In this document: positions 1-12,710 of the stretch, in pieces
Position numbering within the stretch: the first letter of the stretch is position 1
Layout of the letters: each line of letters opens with the position of its first letter
Source: Tubulanus polymorphus
Taxonomy: Eukaryota > Animalia > Nemertea
Direction: 5' to 3'
Assembly: GCF_964204645.1 (NCBI RefSeq)
Contig: NC_134027.1
Span: forward strand, 11,440,485 to 11,504,484
DNA length: 64,000 nt
The notes under the pieces: generated by a model
What the model was told of the DNA's origin: nothing
What the model saw: only the letters and a program-made list of their open reading frames with translations
Database searches by the model: none
Made by a program: the position numbers and the translations under genes

Positions 1-287
1 CACTGCAGTGTAGACCCAATGAAAGGGTTGAGGAAGCGTAAGTCATCTATGACATGGCCTAGTGTGCAGAAATCTTCAATAACAATACAAATATGATGAA
101 TAATTCCCCCGCATATAATCATCATGATCATTTGTCAACGTTTCACCTCGCGCGCGGAAAACCAGGGGCGAGAAACTAACGAGAGGAGTTCCCGTCGAGA
201 TTTTTTAATCCGACGAATTAATGCATCTGACAATAGATCTCGGCGCAAAAATTGATGGGTTGCACGAGGTCTAAACCCGGTACTTAA

Positions 288-288
<1 letters not shown>

Positions 289-378
<90 letters not shown>
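289..378. repeat. (CA)n microsatellite
   Basis: ~90 bp almost pure CA run. Confidence 0.97.
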
Positions 379-380
<2 letters not shown>

Positions 381-1158
381 AGCTTCCGTGAATAATAGCG
401 CGCGTATTTCATACACTACGAGACAACAACAGTACCATTAAAGACAATACATCACTTTGCGCCGCCGCTACCCGGACCGCCTGCCATCTACGAATGATTA
501 GCTCAGTCATGTAAAACCGAGTGAATGGATTCGGGCAGCGATTCATTCGTTAAAAAAAACCCGAAGGTGAAGCGCGACTACTGCGGCGCAACCCGGTCAC
601 AGAATACATCGATTATCTTCGCGAAAAAACGTGACCCCGCATACGAAAACGTTCGGCGAGAAAGATCTCGTCGTCGTCGATTGAGATTAAGGGCGGATCA
701 AGACGGGAGCATTTAGCCGCGCCTTTGTGAAAATACGAAGGCAATATTTTTCAGGGCACCTTTTTCTTCCCGCAACGAATAAGACAGTAGTTTGATGAAC
801 AAGATTTAGCTTGTATTCTCTTAAAATGTTCCCAAAGTGTCCAAACATCGCATGAAAATGCATTGAAGATTCCAAATTTTCCACACCTTATTTCGGCTGC
901 ATGGATATTTAATACTGCCCTTTTTCAGTGTATATGCCTTTTTCATGTCTTAGTGTGCTCCTATCAAAGTCTACCCCTGGAAACGCCCCTGGCGATGCTG
1001 GCGCCAGAAACTGCGTATGCGATCTGTTGAACGATCGAAACGTTTACAAAGCTGAATAGCTGAATACATACTAGTATCATGCGAACAATCAGCTGATAAA
1101 TTCAAGTGACACAAATGAGAAATTCACTTCTAAGGCCTTTTCAATTACTGGTTATACG

Positions 1159-2206
1159 CAGACCTGCCAACCCTGAATTTTTTTTCCAAGTAACACATAT
1201 CTAAATTTTAAGTATTTTCAGAAATTTCTAAGGAACCAACCTTTTAACTGGTAATTTTCATGAAAAATAAGGAGTTTCCTTAACTAAACACAAAAATTAA
1301 AATTTCATCTATCAAAATCGGCGCTATTGCACTTTCGTACCCCCCTCCCAAAAAGTTTTATTTCTGCATATTTATTATCAGGGAGGTCTAGGGATTCAAA
1401 ATGAGTAACTTTTGACCCAAAAACTTACTTTTTCTATGCTAAATTTTTGATATTTTTGGCCCTAAATCGCGTCTAAATTCGCCGATTCACGACGTCAACC
1501 ACGCCATATTGGATGTTAATCATAGTTTCTAACCATCCACTGAAATGTCGTGACATTAAAAGTTTGCGAAAACCATGTTTTCAAACATAACCATTCCTGA
1601 AAATGACGCATATGGTTGCATTATTTTCATGTGTAGCTATTGATTTAAAGATGTACTGATGTAGGAAAGTTATATGCCCAAAAAAGAAATTTTGCCAATT
1701 CAATTCAATTAAATTTATTGAGGCATATTCATTCAGATGTTTTTTAGGTGGTAATTAGTGCGGAAACATGGCTGACCCGTCGGTTTGAATCGAAGAAATC
1801 TCAAGTTTAGGATCGTGTGTGTCACTAGGCTCAGATTGAGATGATGGATTTGAAGAAAACTCGGCATCAGACATGGCAGAATTATCCTAACCAGACGCCA
1901 TTTTTGATTCAACATAGATGGCAGTAGCTGACAGAACTTCATAATAGGAGGTCACAAAGCAGTCAGTGTTCCGCCAAAGATCGTTGAAAATTTATTCTGG
2001 CGTAATTTACCGCAAAAGCAAGTAAATGAACAATACGACGACTTTTATTCGTGTAATAAATGATATCCATTTAAATGTTATGGAAAAAAATTTCCCGGAT
2101 TTTGAATCTATATGAAATACCTAACATTTCTGGAAAAACGTAACACCGTAATTGCACTTTCATTTACGTAACCATTCTGGGAAAAACAGAATGGTTGGCG
2201 GGTTTG
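1159..2206. mobile_element. TIR-bounded non-autonomous DNA element (~1.05 kb)
   Basis: Left end CAGACCTGCCAACC and right end GGTTGGCGGGTTTG form an imperfect inverted repeat; direct repeat TATACG at 1153-1158 and 2207-2212. Confidence 0.55.
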
Positions 2207-4017
2207 TATACGGATTCTTTAAAAAAAAAAAAGATCGAAGAATGACGAAGTAGGCATTTGCAAACGGAAGAGAACGGGAGAAAAATAAAAGTCCTTCTTG
2301 AATACAGTCGAAACGTCGAATAAACTACTAGCTCCAGTTACATTTTCAGACTGTTTTCCGATATCATTATGGAATCTCTACATTATCGTCACAATACGGA
2401 TGTAGTGTTTTAACAATCGTGATATTTTTTTTCAAAAATACTTAAATTCATAAATAACAGAGAGACATCAACTGTAAGGTTAATACACACTACAACGCAG
2501 AATCGAACGCAATATTGATGATGTTTCAGCGCTTTAGATCGTTGATTGTAATCAGACAGCTGCGCCGTTAAAGTGATTTTTGTATCTCAGCGATGTGCAA
2601 TTAATTCGAATAGATTCTTTTACTCATTAATCATATAACTTCCCAATCAATAGGGAAGCCCAAGTTCCGAGGAGTTCCCTCATACAGATGCTAAGGTGAG
2701 AGCAAAAGTGAAATACGAACGATACAATTGAATTTTTCCACTAGAAAGCACCCAATGTTCCTGTAACTATAACTTGGGGGTCTTGACTCAGATTTCCAAT
2801 TAAGGTCGCCTATTTTTACGATTTCTTAGAACGGCGTATACAGAAGACATGAACGTGGGTGAGTAGTAGAGCAATACCTCAATCAGGTCACGCTCTGGCG
2901 AACCCTAAAACAATCGGCTATCCAATCATTGGACACATAGATCTTGTTCTATTACTCCCACAATATTTTCGACAGAATCCCTCTCTATCTAAATTCATAG
3001 ATTTATCGAGTACTAGATTGCACAATCTGAGTATAAGAACAGGGAGATACCTCATTAGGATGTTTAGTGAAAGAAAGCGGTTTCTTGCTGACGAGTAACG
3101 ACACCTTTAATTTCGTGTATTATTTAGCTGTCTTTCATACTGTCATTACATATATATGAATGTCATACAAGTAATGTAATACTTTGACGAATAAAGAAAT
3201 ATCAATATCAATATCAATGTCTATTTCCTATGATCCGTCTTACCCAATCAAAGCTTTGTATCCAATAAGAATATCTGAACGTATTTTTAGGCAAAGTCTT
3301 AGACGGCACAATTGTTGCTTCGTTTCCTTGCAATGAAACAATTGCCTTTTTCTGATGGCGGACCTAGCCATCTAGAAACCCTATATGCACCCCTGTAACT
3401 AAAATCAGAATCAATGGATTGATAAATCACCTGAAACCTGTGATTATGTAGTTAGGCTGGGTTTTTGCGAGATGGGGCGCAGATGCTGAAGTTGCGTTTC
3501 CATGAAACAGATGCAGGAAATTGTGTACGGGCCAGTTTCCGATTTGAGGAAAATGATGCAGCCACTCCACTGTATACCTGTGTATTGTGAAAAGAAAATA
3601 TGTCGGCTGACTTATTTACACCCGCTCCCGTCTCGTGGCAAACCAGTCTGATTCTGGAACTAGACCCAACGTTATCGTATCGTGGCATTCGTTTAAAAAT
3701 GTCAAAAAAAACACATGACGCCCGCTTTTCGTAAGGGAAAATGTTTCACCGCTTTGTGCGACTTCCTCATAACATAAGACAGTGAGGCAAATCAGATTAT
3801 GAGCGTTGATCGCGATGAATGGCCACTGATTGGAAGCTGAATAACTCAACAACAACGAAGCCATTTCCGAAGCAAATCATTTTCTTACAATCGCTAATTC
3901 GTTCGCGGGGAGCGAACGCATGACAAAAACGCTGCGCGCGCATGAAAAACGATTGACATTCAACCAACGTTAACAACGCCAATAGAGTAAGTAACCCGTT
4001 GAACTTAAAAAATCATG

Positions 4018-4299
4018 GATAATTAAAAATCCATAGAAGCAAAAACAGTATAAATCTCATTTTCTAATGAGTAATATATATTTATTATAGCGAACGTTTT
4101 CGGGAGTTACATTATCCCCTCTTCAGGCATAGCGCAAGTGATTACATTTACATATCATGCTATACATAAATTTAATCGCTTTCGCTATGCCTGAGGAGGG
4201 GATAATGTAACTCCCGAAAACGTTCGCTATAATAAATATATATTACTCATTAGAAAATGAGATTTATACTGTTTTTGCTTCTATGGATTTTTAATTATC
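4018..4299. mobile_element. 117-bp-arm inverted repeat, probable Penelope-like pseudo-LTR remnant
   Basis: Arms 4018-4134 and 4183-4299 are reverse complements with one mismatch; each arm carries a hammerhead core. Confidence 0.7.
4186..4231 (+). ncRNA. minimal type I hammerhead ribozyme motif
   Basis: CTGAGGA (4191-97), stem II GGGG/TCCC, GAAA (4216-19), palindromic ACGT, TC cleavage site (4224-25); stem I (TATGC/GCTATA) is short and bulged. The mirror copy on the - strand reads CTGAAGA. Confidence 0.6.
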
Positions 4300-4712
4300 T
4301 AGACTCTCTACCTTAGGTCTAATCATGGAGAATGATTCGTCTGCATTGAACCAGTGTTTCGAGCCTAGTGGAGATGCGTATAACCAGGGTATAAAATACT
4401 AGTTTAGACGTATACTTATGATCTTCGCCGGCTGAAAAGTAGTCATTCGACGATAACGGCGTTGAACGATGATGGCACCGAGGCTTAACGCCGGTTTACC
4501 GAAATAATCACATCACCGGAGAAACTGGTCATGTGAATGAAACAAGCGATGATTACTCGTTGCCCGGCGTGTTGACCGCGCTGAAATTAGATGAAACCCA
4601 TATTTTCTTATTCGCGTTTCGCTCTCATTCGCGTTTCGCTCTCGAACCATCGTCTTTGCAAAAAGCTACAGATGATAAGTGCTGCAATCTCACCGGCATT
4701 TTCGGCCTGTTC

Positions 4713-4927
4713 GCACGGGTGCCTAATTTTGCCCGACTAAATTTTAGCACAGTGACCTGTGCTAAAATTTGGTAGAATGATTGCGTTCTAACTGCAAATG
4801 GTTACGGAAGTGAGTCACTTCCCTTTCTTTAAGCATTGTTTAGTATCAAGTAAGTGGTTTTCGTTTGGACGTTGCACCACTTGTAAGGCACGGGTCCAAA
4901 TTTGACTCGGGCCTGTGATCACGGCTA
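4713..4927. mobile_element. partial MITE (AGCCGYGATCAC-ended family)
   Basis: Shares GCATTGTTTAGTATCAAGT core and the GTGATCACGGCTA end with 5863-6147. Confidence 0.6.
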
Positions 4928-5862
4928 TTGCGGCTATAGATTAGACAGCAACGGTTTTAATCATCCAATGAACTCTAGTTTACCTTTTAATATGAGACAA
5001 TACGAAACAAATGGCATCGTATAATTATAGCTGCGAGGTAAACAACTATTTGAACGCGATGTCAGTCAGCTTCGAATAGATACTTACGAAAATCATGAAT
5101 TATCTATCAACCATCTTCCAGGGGCGGGGGGGGGGGGTATGCGACGTGTTCATATTTCTGCCTAGTATATGCGATAACCGATGATCTAATAATAGGTTCA
5201 TTTGGCATTAAGAATATTGACGTATCTTATATTTCTCTCTCCCCCCGGGGAGACGGATGATACGTGTGGAGAAGTTACGAATTCGAAAAAAATACGTCAT
5301 CATCATCACCACGACCAACCGACAGACGATCGACGAAGCAGCAGCATCCGATGATGACGACGATTTTAAGTAAACATCGTCTCTTGACATCAATTTGATG
5401 AGAAAGCGAAGACCGAGTACATCTGTTGATACACAAGATTGAAGTGCAGATGATACGCGCCCGCGTCGAATCTATGACGAAATAGATTTTCGATCGACAG
5501 ATATATCAAACATACATTTTACACACGAAATTGTATCGTTATGAAATCTAATCAATAGGGTTTCATTTCCATTCTGCAATAAATCCTATTGTTATCCTTA
5601 TGATTATTATTATTCTTTTGGGGTTTTTTCGTTGAAAAAATGTATGTCCAATCAAGTTTTCAATGATCAAAGTATTTCAAAGGCTTTGCCAAAAGCTGTG
5701 AAAAAAATGGAAATCCGTCCTAGCATGTAGATTCTCCGAAAGATTTATCCTCCTAATTTTAACGCATGAAAAATTGACAAACACACCGATCTGAACAAGG
5801 TACCTTTACGTGTACGGAGTACGAACAATTTTCATAAAATACGAGTCCTACTAATTCGACTA

Positions 5863-6147
5863 AGCCGCGATCAAACGCGCATTTTTGGCCCGGGCCAAAT
5901 TTGGCCCGGAACAACTGTTTGCACGGGTGCCAAATGGCCCCCGAGCCTGTTTGGCCCAACCAAAAACATCGGACCAGGCCCGAGCCAAATTTTAGCACCA
6001 GTCAAATGATTGCGTTTGAATTGCAACTGGCACCAGAAATGATCAACTTCGCTTTGTTTGAGGCATTGTTTAGTATCAAGTGAATGGTTTGCGTGTGAAC
6101 GTGCTCTCTAATTAGGCACGGGCCAAATCGTCTGTGTGATCGCGGCT
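5863..6147. mobile_element. MITE (~285 bp)
   Basis: TIR AGCCGCGATCA...TGATCGCGGCT; related copies at 4713-4927, ~10666-10705 and 11029-11162. Confidence 0.75.
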
Positions 6148-8187
6148 ATAGACTAATCATTACCAAACCACTACTAAATGATGATATACAATTTCTCTTG
6201 AACTAGCAGATTCATTGCAGATTCCCTCGCCCTTCAAAACACACAAGTCTTTCTACTAGTCTCCTAGTTTAGTTTAATTAGCTATTCTGTCAGCGAAGTT
6301 GAAGTCGAAAATCAATAGAAACATTTCATTTCTAAATAAAATTCAGATAAAATTCATAACATGAAAAGTCAATAATGCATTAAACATTTCTGGTACGACA
6401 GTAGATTGAACGTTATTTAGATCTTGAGATACGGGTTGTCCCTCCTGGTTATTTAATTGATAGATAAGATTTGGTTTGGTGTCCTACAAACCGAGCACAT
6501 CTGAACAAAAATGTGGGGCTCTTGACATGGTAGATCGAGTTTTTCCTCAACGGAATGATATTACCATTAGGTTTGAATCTCACAATATATGCTGGAAGAT
6601 TCCCATTATGTTTTTAAGCCTAGAGCACATTCCAGGAATATGAACATGAAACAGAAATGTTTTTCTGGCTTGTTTTGGGGCTACAGGCAACGCTGCAAAA
6701 CAAGAAACTCTGTTCTTTTATTGCAGTCTGCTAGATTGGAGAGTAGCTAAACAAGAAACATTGACACACGATAACAGCGATAAGCTCATCATTGACTCGA
6801 TTCGTGCACAATTGTCACCATACGATAGCGGCAAAATCATTACCACATGACTGGTCAAAATCACAATCATTTGGATATTATGCGATTGAATTACTACTTT
6901 CCCCATCACTGGTGGCACTGTAGGTTTTTAGGGTATGTTTCTCATTTCGCTCAGCGCAAATCACATCGCAGAAACACAACCAGGGTGGCCACTTTAAGTT
7001 GACTTGCATTTTCCCTGACATAAATGTTGTTTTCCCTTAATCTGCTAAGAATCCAATCAATTAACAGTCAATATGTAAAACATAAGACAGAAACTTGATT
7101 TTAAATGCGATCTAGCAATCTCTACAAATTTTCCCTTATTTTCAGCTTTTTACAAAATTTCCCCAACCCTGATTTCCGGGTAAGACAAAATTGGGCATAC
7201 GTATAATCTCCCATGCATCGCCATGGCGCGGCAAAAGTATGTATACGACACTGACACGACACATTGCGCTCACGCGACATTTGATCAGTTGAATTCCCGG
7301 AATAGTAATACATCGGTGATTATTACTTCACGGCCGCTCGCAGGTTCGGTAACTTAGCGCAATGAACTAATTCGATACTCTAACACCTCTGGGCTGGCTA
7401 AGTGCGAATACAATTATAGACTCAGCAACTTAGCGTCGCAGCCACCTAGTCACGAAAAAACCACATTCGGACGCGCGCGTCAAAGAACATCGTCACGAAT
7501 AATAGTGAAACATGGGCGAAGGCGGCAGATATATATAGAGTGCAGCCGCAGAATTCTAGACTAGACCGGGAGCGCACTTGTATTTCTTAGAAATCGCATA
7601 TACATATATATCGAGCTAAATAATTCATTTGTTCCATAATACCATATGATGTATACACAGTAACTGACGACTTACGGAGGCTGCGACGGCGTATACAGCT
7701 ATTTTCGAAAAGCTTACCTGAAATGAAATAAGGACAACAACAGGTTAGCAATGCTCGCAGCGCGTAATACACAACGCCCGTAAGGTTAATACAGTCTAAA
7801 TCAAAAATTACATGACAGAACGCTGTAAACCAGTGATAAATCTACTGGGTTCGGCGATAAATCTATTAATCACGCCTATAAACTCGAAAATAAGCAGACC
7901 TCTGTAATGAACTAATGGTTTGGATTTTATGTATCACATGCAGACAATTCGAGGGAGGGGGTGATTTCCGTATAGTGGACTTCATCCTCAATGCATTCGA
8001 GTGTTGGACAAAAAGGATTAAACGGTTCCAGAGTTTTCCCTGGAAAAGTTTTTTGTGGGTTTTTTCCTTGACATTGGAAAATTGTGAACCTTTAGCATCT
8101 TTAGGGAATGCTCCCTCCCAACTGCTGCTGTTCTGCGACACCATGACAACTGGGATTAAAGTATCGGAACTAGCTTCATGGGCCTTG

Positions 8188-8339
8188 GTGCTGACGATAA
8201 TTTGAAAACTTCAAAAAATTCCACCCCAGTGTGTTGAATAACAGGGATACTGCATTAGTGTCTATACCGCAATGCTGTGTACAAGCAAAATCCATCACTG
8301 ATTTATGCACCGCACTGCCGTGTAGACACACTGAAAGGG
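8188..8339. mobile_element. internally deleted piggyBac-like MITE
   Basis: Ends CACTGAAAGGG|TTAA; internal similarity to 20032-20319 and 46660-46940. Another such terminus is at 1-28. Confidence 0.7.
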
Positions 8340-9229
8340 TTAAGTTCGACACAAATAAAGAGTAAGCTCATTTCAAATGTTTCGACTACAGATTGAGGGG
8401 GTCTCAGGTGACTTGCATAAGAACCTAAAAATTTTTTCGTGCCCCTTATATGTCAAAACATCTTGTCTAAAATAAGCTATACAATAAGGGCAACTCCTGT
8501 AAAACAACGCAGAATTTTGTTGAATATTCCGGAAAGGGTTCTTAATCATTTGCCATAAAGATATTTGGTACGACTTTCAGATGTTGCGCCTGGATAAGCC
8601 CCTGATGTTTTAACCCTAGAGTCAAATTTTAACCATAAGCTGCTGCCGAACTCACTACCTGGTGATCACCATCATTAGAGTCAAGTTTGAGATGAACTAT
8701 TTGTTTTCCAGATGTTGATGTTGTTGATGATGTACAATTCAGGTGCTTTAAAGTAATCCAGTAAACAAGGCGATTTTAAGAGTCTTATTAATTTTTCCAA
8801 ATCGGGTTCATGACAAACATCTTTTGGGTAACGTTAAAGCATTCCGAAGGGTGGGAGCACGAAATGTGAAAGATCATCCATCAAAGGTATAATAAGTCCA
8901 TAGATTGGAATGTGATTAGAAGGAACTTCAAAGTTTGCAATCCAGAATGATGTGATTGTCTTCAAAACGCTTCACTAAACCTTACGAGTTTTCTTAGCCG
9001 TCAATTCATTATTTCTCAACTTGAAATTCAAGTCTGATGACTGTGTTGAAATAACAAGAAAAAGGTAGACGCTGAAAAACGTTGATTTAACACATGGTAA
9101 ACCTCATCGTGCAAACCACATATCAATCTGAGTGAAACTTAAATATTTGCCGCCAGTTTAAACAACGTTGGAAACGCGTTAGCAACTGACAACAGAAGTA
9201 CTGCGAAATGAATAATGACTACGTCTTGA

Positions 9230-9532
9230 ACGGAGGAGAGAACACGATGGACGGACGGAACAGCGCGAGAGGGAGGGACGGATGGAGTGCGAGAGGGACG
9301 GAGGGAGGTCGAGGGAGGAGGAGGAGAGGGAGAAGGAGAGGGAGAGAGAGATTGACGAACTCGCGTAGTTTCTTCTGCATCGAAACAAACACATTCGGAA
9401 GATTTAAGTTTTATTTCGTTTGATCGGTTACATCATAAAATAGATCGATCGTAGCGAACGTCAACTCAACAACCGAATTCAAACTCAATTTACAACGCGA
9501 ACGCGACTTACTACACACAGTAGATCGGTAAA
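9230..9532 (+). promoter_or_regulatory. GA-rich tract followed by a leader-like segment and possible splice donor
   Basis: Purine-rich GAGGGA/GAGA tract 9265-9350, then unique CpG-containing sequence ending CG|GTAAAA. No downstream exon identified; function is inference only. Confidence 0.25.
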
Positions 9533-10734
9533 ACTTACGATTATCATCGATTACGATTTCGCTTTTATGATTTCAATTTTCAATTTTTTCTAAAAGAAAG
9601 CATGGCCACGGAATGAAAAATCATGATCATATAATAACATCGAGAAGGCTTTCTCGTGAGGGCTAAGCAAAAGCCAAAAGGCTGCTACAGCAAGCACCCA
9701 TAAAAGCGAAAAAAGCATGAAAAGACAAAGAATAGGAGGCCGAGAATGAGCATTAACGCATGAGAGTGATTCAGGAACATTTGTAACAGTTAGGGATATC
9801 ACAGAGACGGGAGTTAGAGTGGCTGCAGGCGAGAATGTATTTCATCTTGCATCTGAGAGAATATTAGCTCGTTGAAACGGAATTGCTAGGAAGGGTTGAG
9901 AATATCAAATCGGACAATAAATCAGCCAAAAATGAAAAGTTCTTGAAAAGAACATACATATATATTTCGAATGACGTTTCGGCTAAAGCGGTTACGTTGC
10001 AAAACACATACATTGGTGCAGCCTCATATTATCTTCATTCATCGTGTTCCATAGTTTTCCGAATAAACAAAAGGGTGGTAAAATCCATCCGTACGCGTAG
10101 AACAATAACTACGCCATCAAATCTACGTCGAATCAAGTAAAATTCGAATCAATTAAGCTAGTAAAACGGGCGGCCATAAAACCTATATGATGGCAGTTGT
10201 TTTACCCAGTGTTACAGGAAAGAGCCATCGGTTTAAGAGTCTTCAGAGGATATCGCTGTCTCTCTCTCTAGAGAGAGACGAAAGTGGCTGATATATTTAA
10301 CGGTCTGACCTGATATTTCGAAGGCATTCGCCAAGATACGAACACGATTCGCGATATATATTGGACATAAATCAGCAAAATAGAACAATCAAATTTGATG
10401 ATTCTGTCTCGTGGGAACGATATAAACGCCTCGCGAAATCCATCGGATATTCGCGAGGGTAATATTCGAACGCCCGGTCGGTTTATATAAACTATTTACC
10501 GACACCTCTTTCCCGAGACAAACTCGACTATCATATCGACTCGTGTTCATAAAAAAAAAGATTGATGACGGAAATGCTCATGAAAAATCGAAAGCGACAA
10601 GACGATTTCGAGGAAAGCACACTTGACAGCGTTCACAAGCGATTCAGAATGTTGTATGTTTTTATAGGCTGCGATCATACAAGCATTTTTAGCTCCGGCC
10701 AAATTAAGCTTGTGCCAATTTAAGCCACGTTATC

Positions 10735-10898
10735 TAATAATCATAATGATACTTGTAATTTATATAGCGCAGGTATCCTAACCAGTTAGTTCAAATGCGT
10801 TACAAATTTGGTATCATTACCCCCAGCCTATAACTGTATTCGATGTATCAGTCGTCTCATCCTGGGGAGAAGTAACATCCGAGCAGCTACTAGGCGCC
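10735..10898 (-). mobile_element. SINE 3' fragment
   Basis: Shares TGTATCAGTC..CCTGGGGAGAAGTAACA and a TAA-type tail with the SINE at 18717-19058. Confidence 0.6.
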
Positions 10899-11028
10899 TT
10901 AAATTTTGGAATGGACGAAGTCTGCGTTTCTGGGCAGAAACTGGTCCCGGGTCCGTTCTAAATCGTACACCGTAGTAAGAATTCAACTGTTATAAACTGG
11001 TGACTAAATCATCATCGAGCACAACATA

Positions 11029-11162
11029 AGCCGTGATCACATGAGCATATTTGGCCCGTGCGAAATTTGGCCCGGAACAACTGTTCACACGGGTGCCAAA
11101 TGGGCTTGAGCCTGTTTGGCCCGGCCAAAAACGTCGGACCAGGCCCGAGCCAAATTTTAGCA
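11029..11162. mobile_element. truncated MITE (same family as 5863-6147)
   Basis: Closely matches 5863-5998. Confidence 0.75.
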
Positions 11163-12479
11163 GTAGTCGAATAAACACTCTAATCGGCATACAATGTAAA
11201 CAATTGAAGAAATCCCACAATTCGAATTTCATATGATAAAATTTACTATTTTGAAACCACAACTAATTCGACTACTACTCAGAGTTAATCCGAGTTAATA
11301 TTTTATACATACTCAGAACTTTGGAACTGACTCCTGGTCACGATACATCAGGATCGCGAGGATCAGGCAAACTAAGCCGCTCTCAGACTCATTTACAATC
11401 TATATATAGATATACATTATATATAATACCAGCATCGCAATCTTTCCTCGCCTTGAGCTGGACAGATATGTAATAAGTGACTTTCAGATAAATGATCGAC
11501 TATAATTAGCATGTTTATTCGGGTTTTTGCGACCGGGACATTTAGCAACGCACGAGTCAGGCCGAGTCAAGCCGAGTGAAGATGTCATCAGACAAATCAA
11601 AAAATACGCTAATTTCGCCATCAGCGTCGCGCAAACGTGTGCCGAGGTAACCGTTGACGTTTCGTTTTCCCGTCATTTCGACGAGACCGAACGAAGACGA
11701 TCTTACAACAAACGACGCCGTTTCTCCTCGGAGCTACCACGAGAATCAACCACGTTCTCTCGTCTCGTGATTAGTTTCACGACGCGCGAAAAATAGCGAC
11801 GACGCATCGCGAATGGTGACGACTTCGTGTGTCGGGTTACAATTTGTCGACAATTTTCGTAGCGAACCGCCGGTAATGAAGGCCCACGGGTATATCGATA
11901 ATCCGTCATTTTTTTTTGGTTGGCCGGGAACCGCATCGGCGACACGCTTCGCTGCGGGGTTAGCGATCTTTCGATAAAAACTAGTAAGAGTTTTCTCCTT
12001 TGAGCGACACCTACGCAGTCATAAACCTAAGTCCGTTTTTTTGGTGAATAAAACTCAAAGTTTATCGATGCCTTGAAACGCATATATTGCATAATACTGT
12101 CGACAGCAAAATATAATATGTTATGAAATATGTATAATATTAAGGATCAATAAAGTAATTTTGGATTTGGTAACCAGTCTAGCCCAGTGCTCATCCTCTC
12201 AAAAATGATTATTGAAATTTATCAGAAATAAAAAAATATTTATGGAATTTATATAATTATAATATAATCGCCAAAATTCACAATTGTAATTGTTATTTTG
12301 AAACGCCAATATTGATGATGTAGTGCACATCAACTCACACAGAACCCCTTATATAACACATACTAGGTATCAATGTACGTAAACATTATTGTAACGGTTT
12401 TTAACGGCGTCAAAAATCCAATATCGATATCGAATCAGCCTTTGAATCTGTTTTTAATTAATTAATCAATGACAATAAT

Positions 12480-12710
12480 TATATAGAGAATCTCACACTT
12501 ATATAACAAAACATAAAGTCCGAAAAGTTTCCTTTCAGCTATAAATGTATGAGTCCTAATAGTCATCTTCAGGAATACCGAACATGAATTCCTGAAGATG
12601 ACTATTAGGATATACCCAGTAGTCGAAACGCCAGATGAATAGATTCATTGCTAAAAGGAATTTTTTTCGGACTTTATCTTTCATTTTATTAGTGCGGGAT
12701 TCTCTATATA
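12480..12710. mobile_element. degenerate inverted repeat with hammerhead-like core, probable Penelope-like remnant
   Basis: Outer arms TATATAGAGAATC/GATTCTCTATATA; inner arms TCCTAATAGTCATCTTCAGGAAT/ATTCCTGAAGATGACTATTAGGA; CTGAAGA-T-GACTA...TAGTC-GAAACG at 12592-12630. Confidence 0.6.

Noticed and set aside
2304-2330. GTCGAAACGTCG, the 3' half of a hammerhead motif
   Set aside because: No CTGANGA or stem II partner upstream.
5501-5514. 14-nt match to miR-190 on the - strand
   Set aside because: Seed end does not match and I see no precursor hairpin.
9633-9920. Frame interrupted only by TGA codons (possible recoding)
   Set aside because: Purine-rich sequence gives few TAA/TAG by chance; no homology or SECIS seen.
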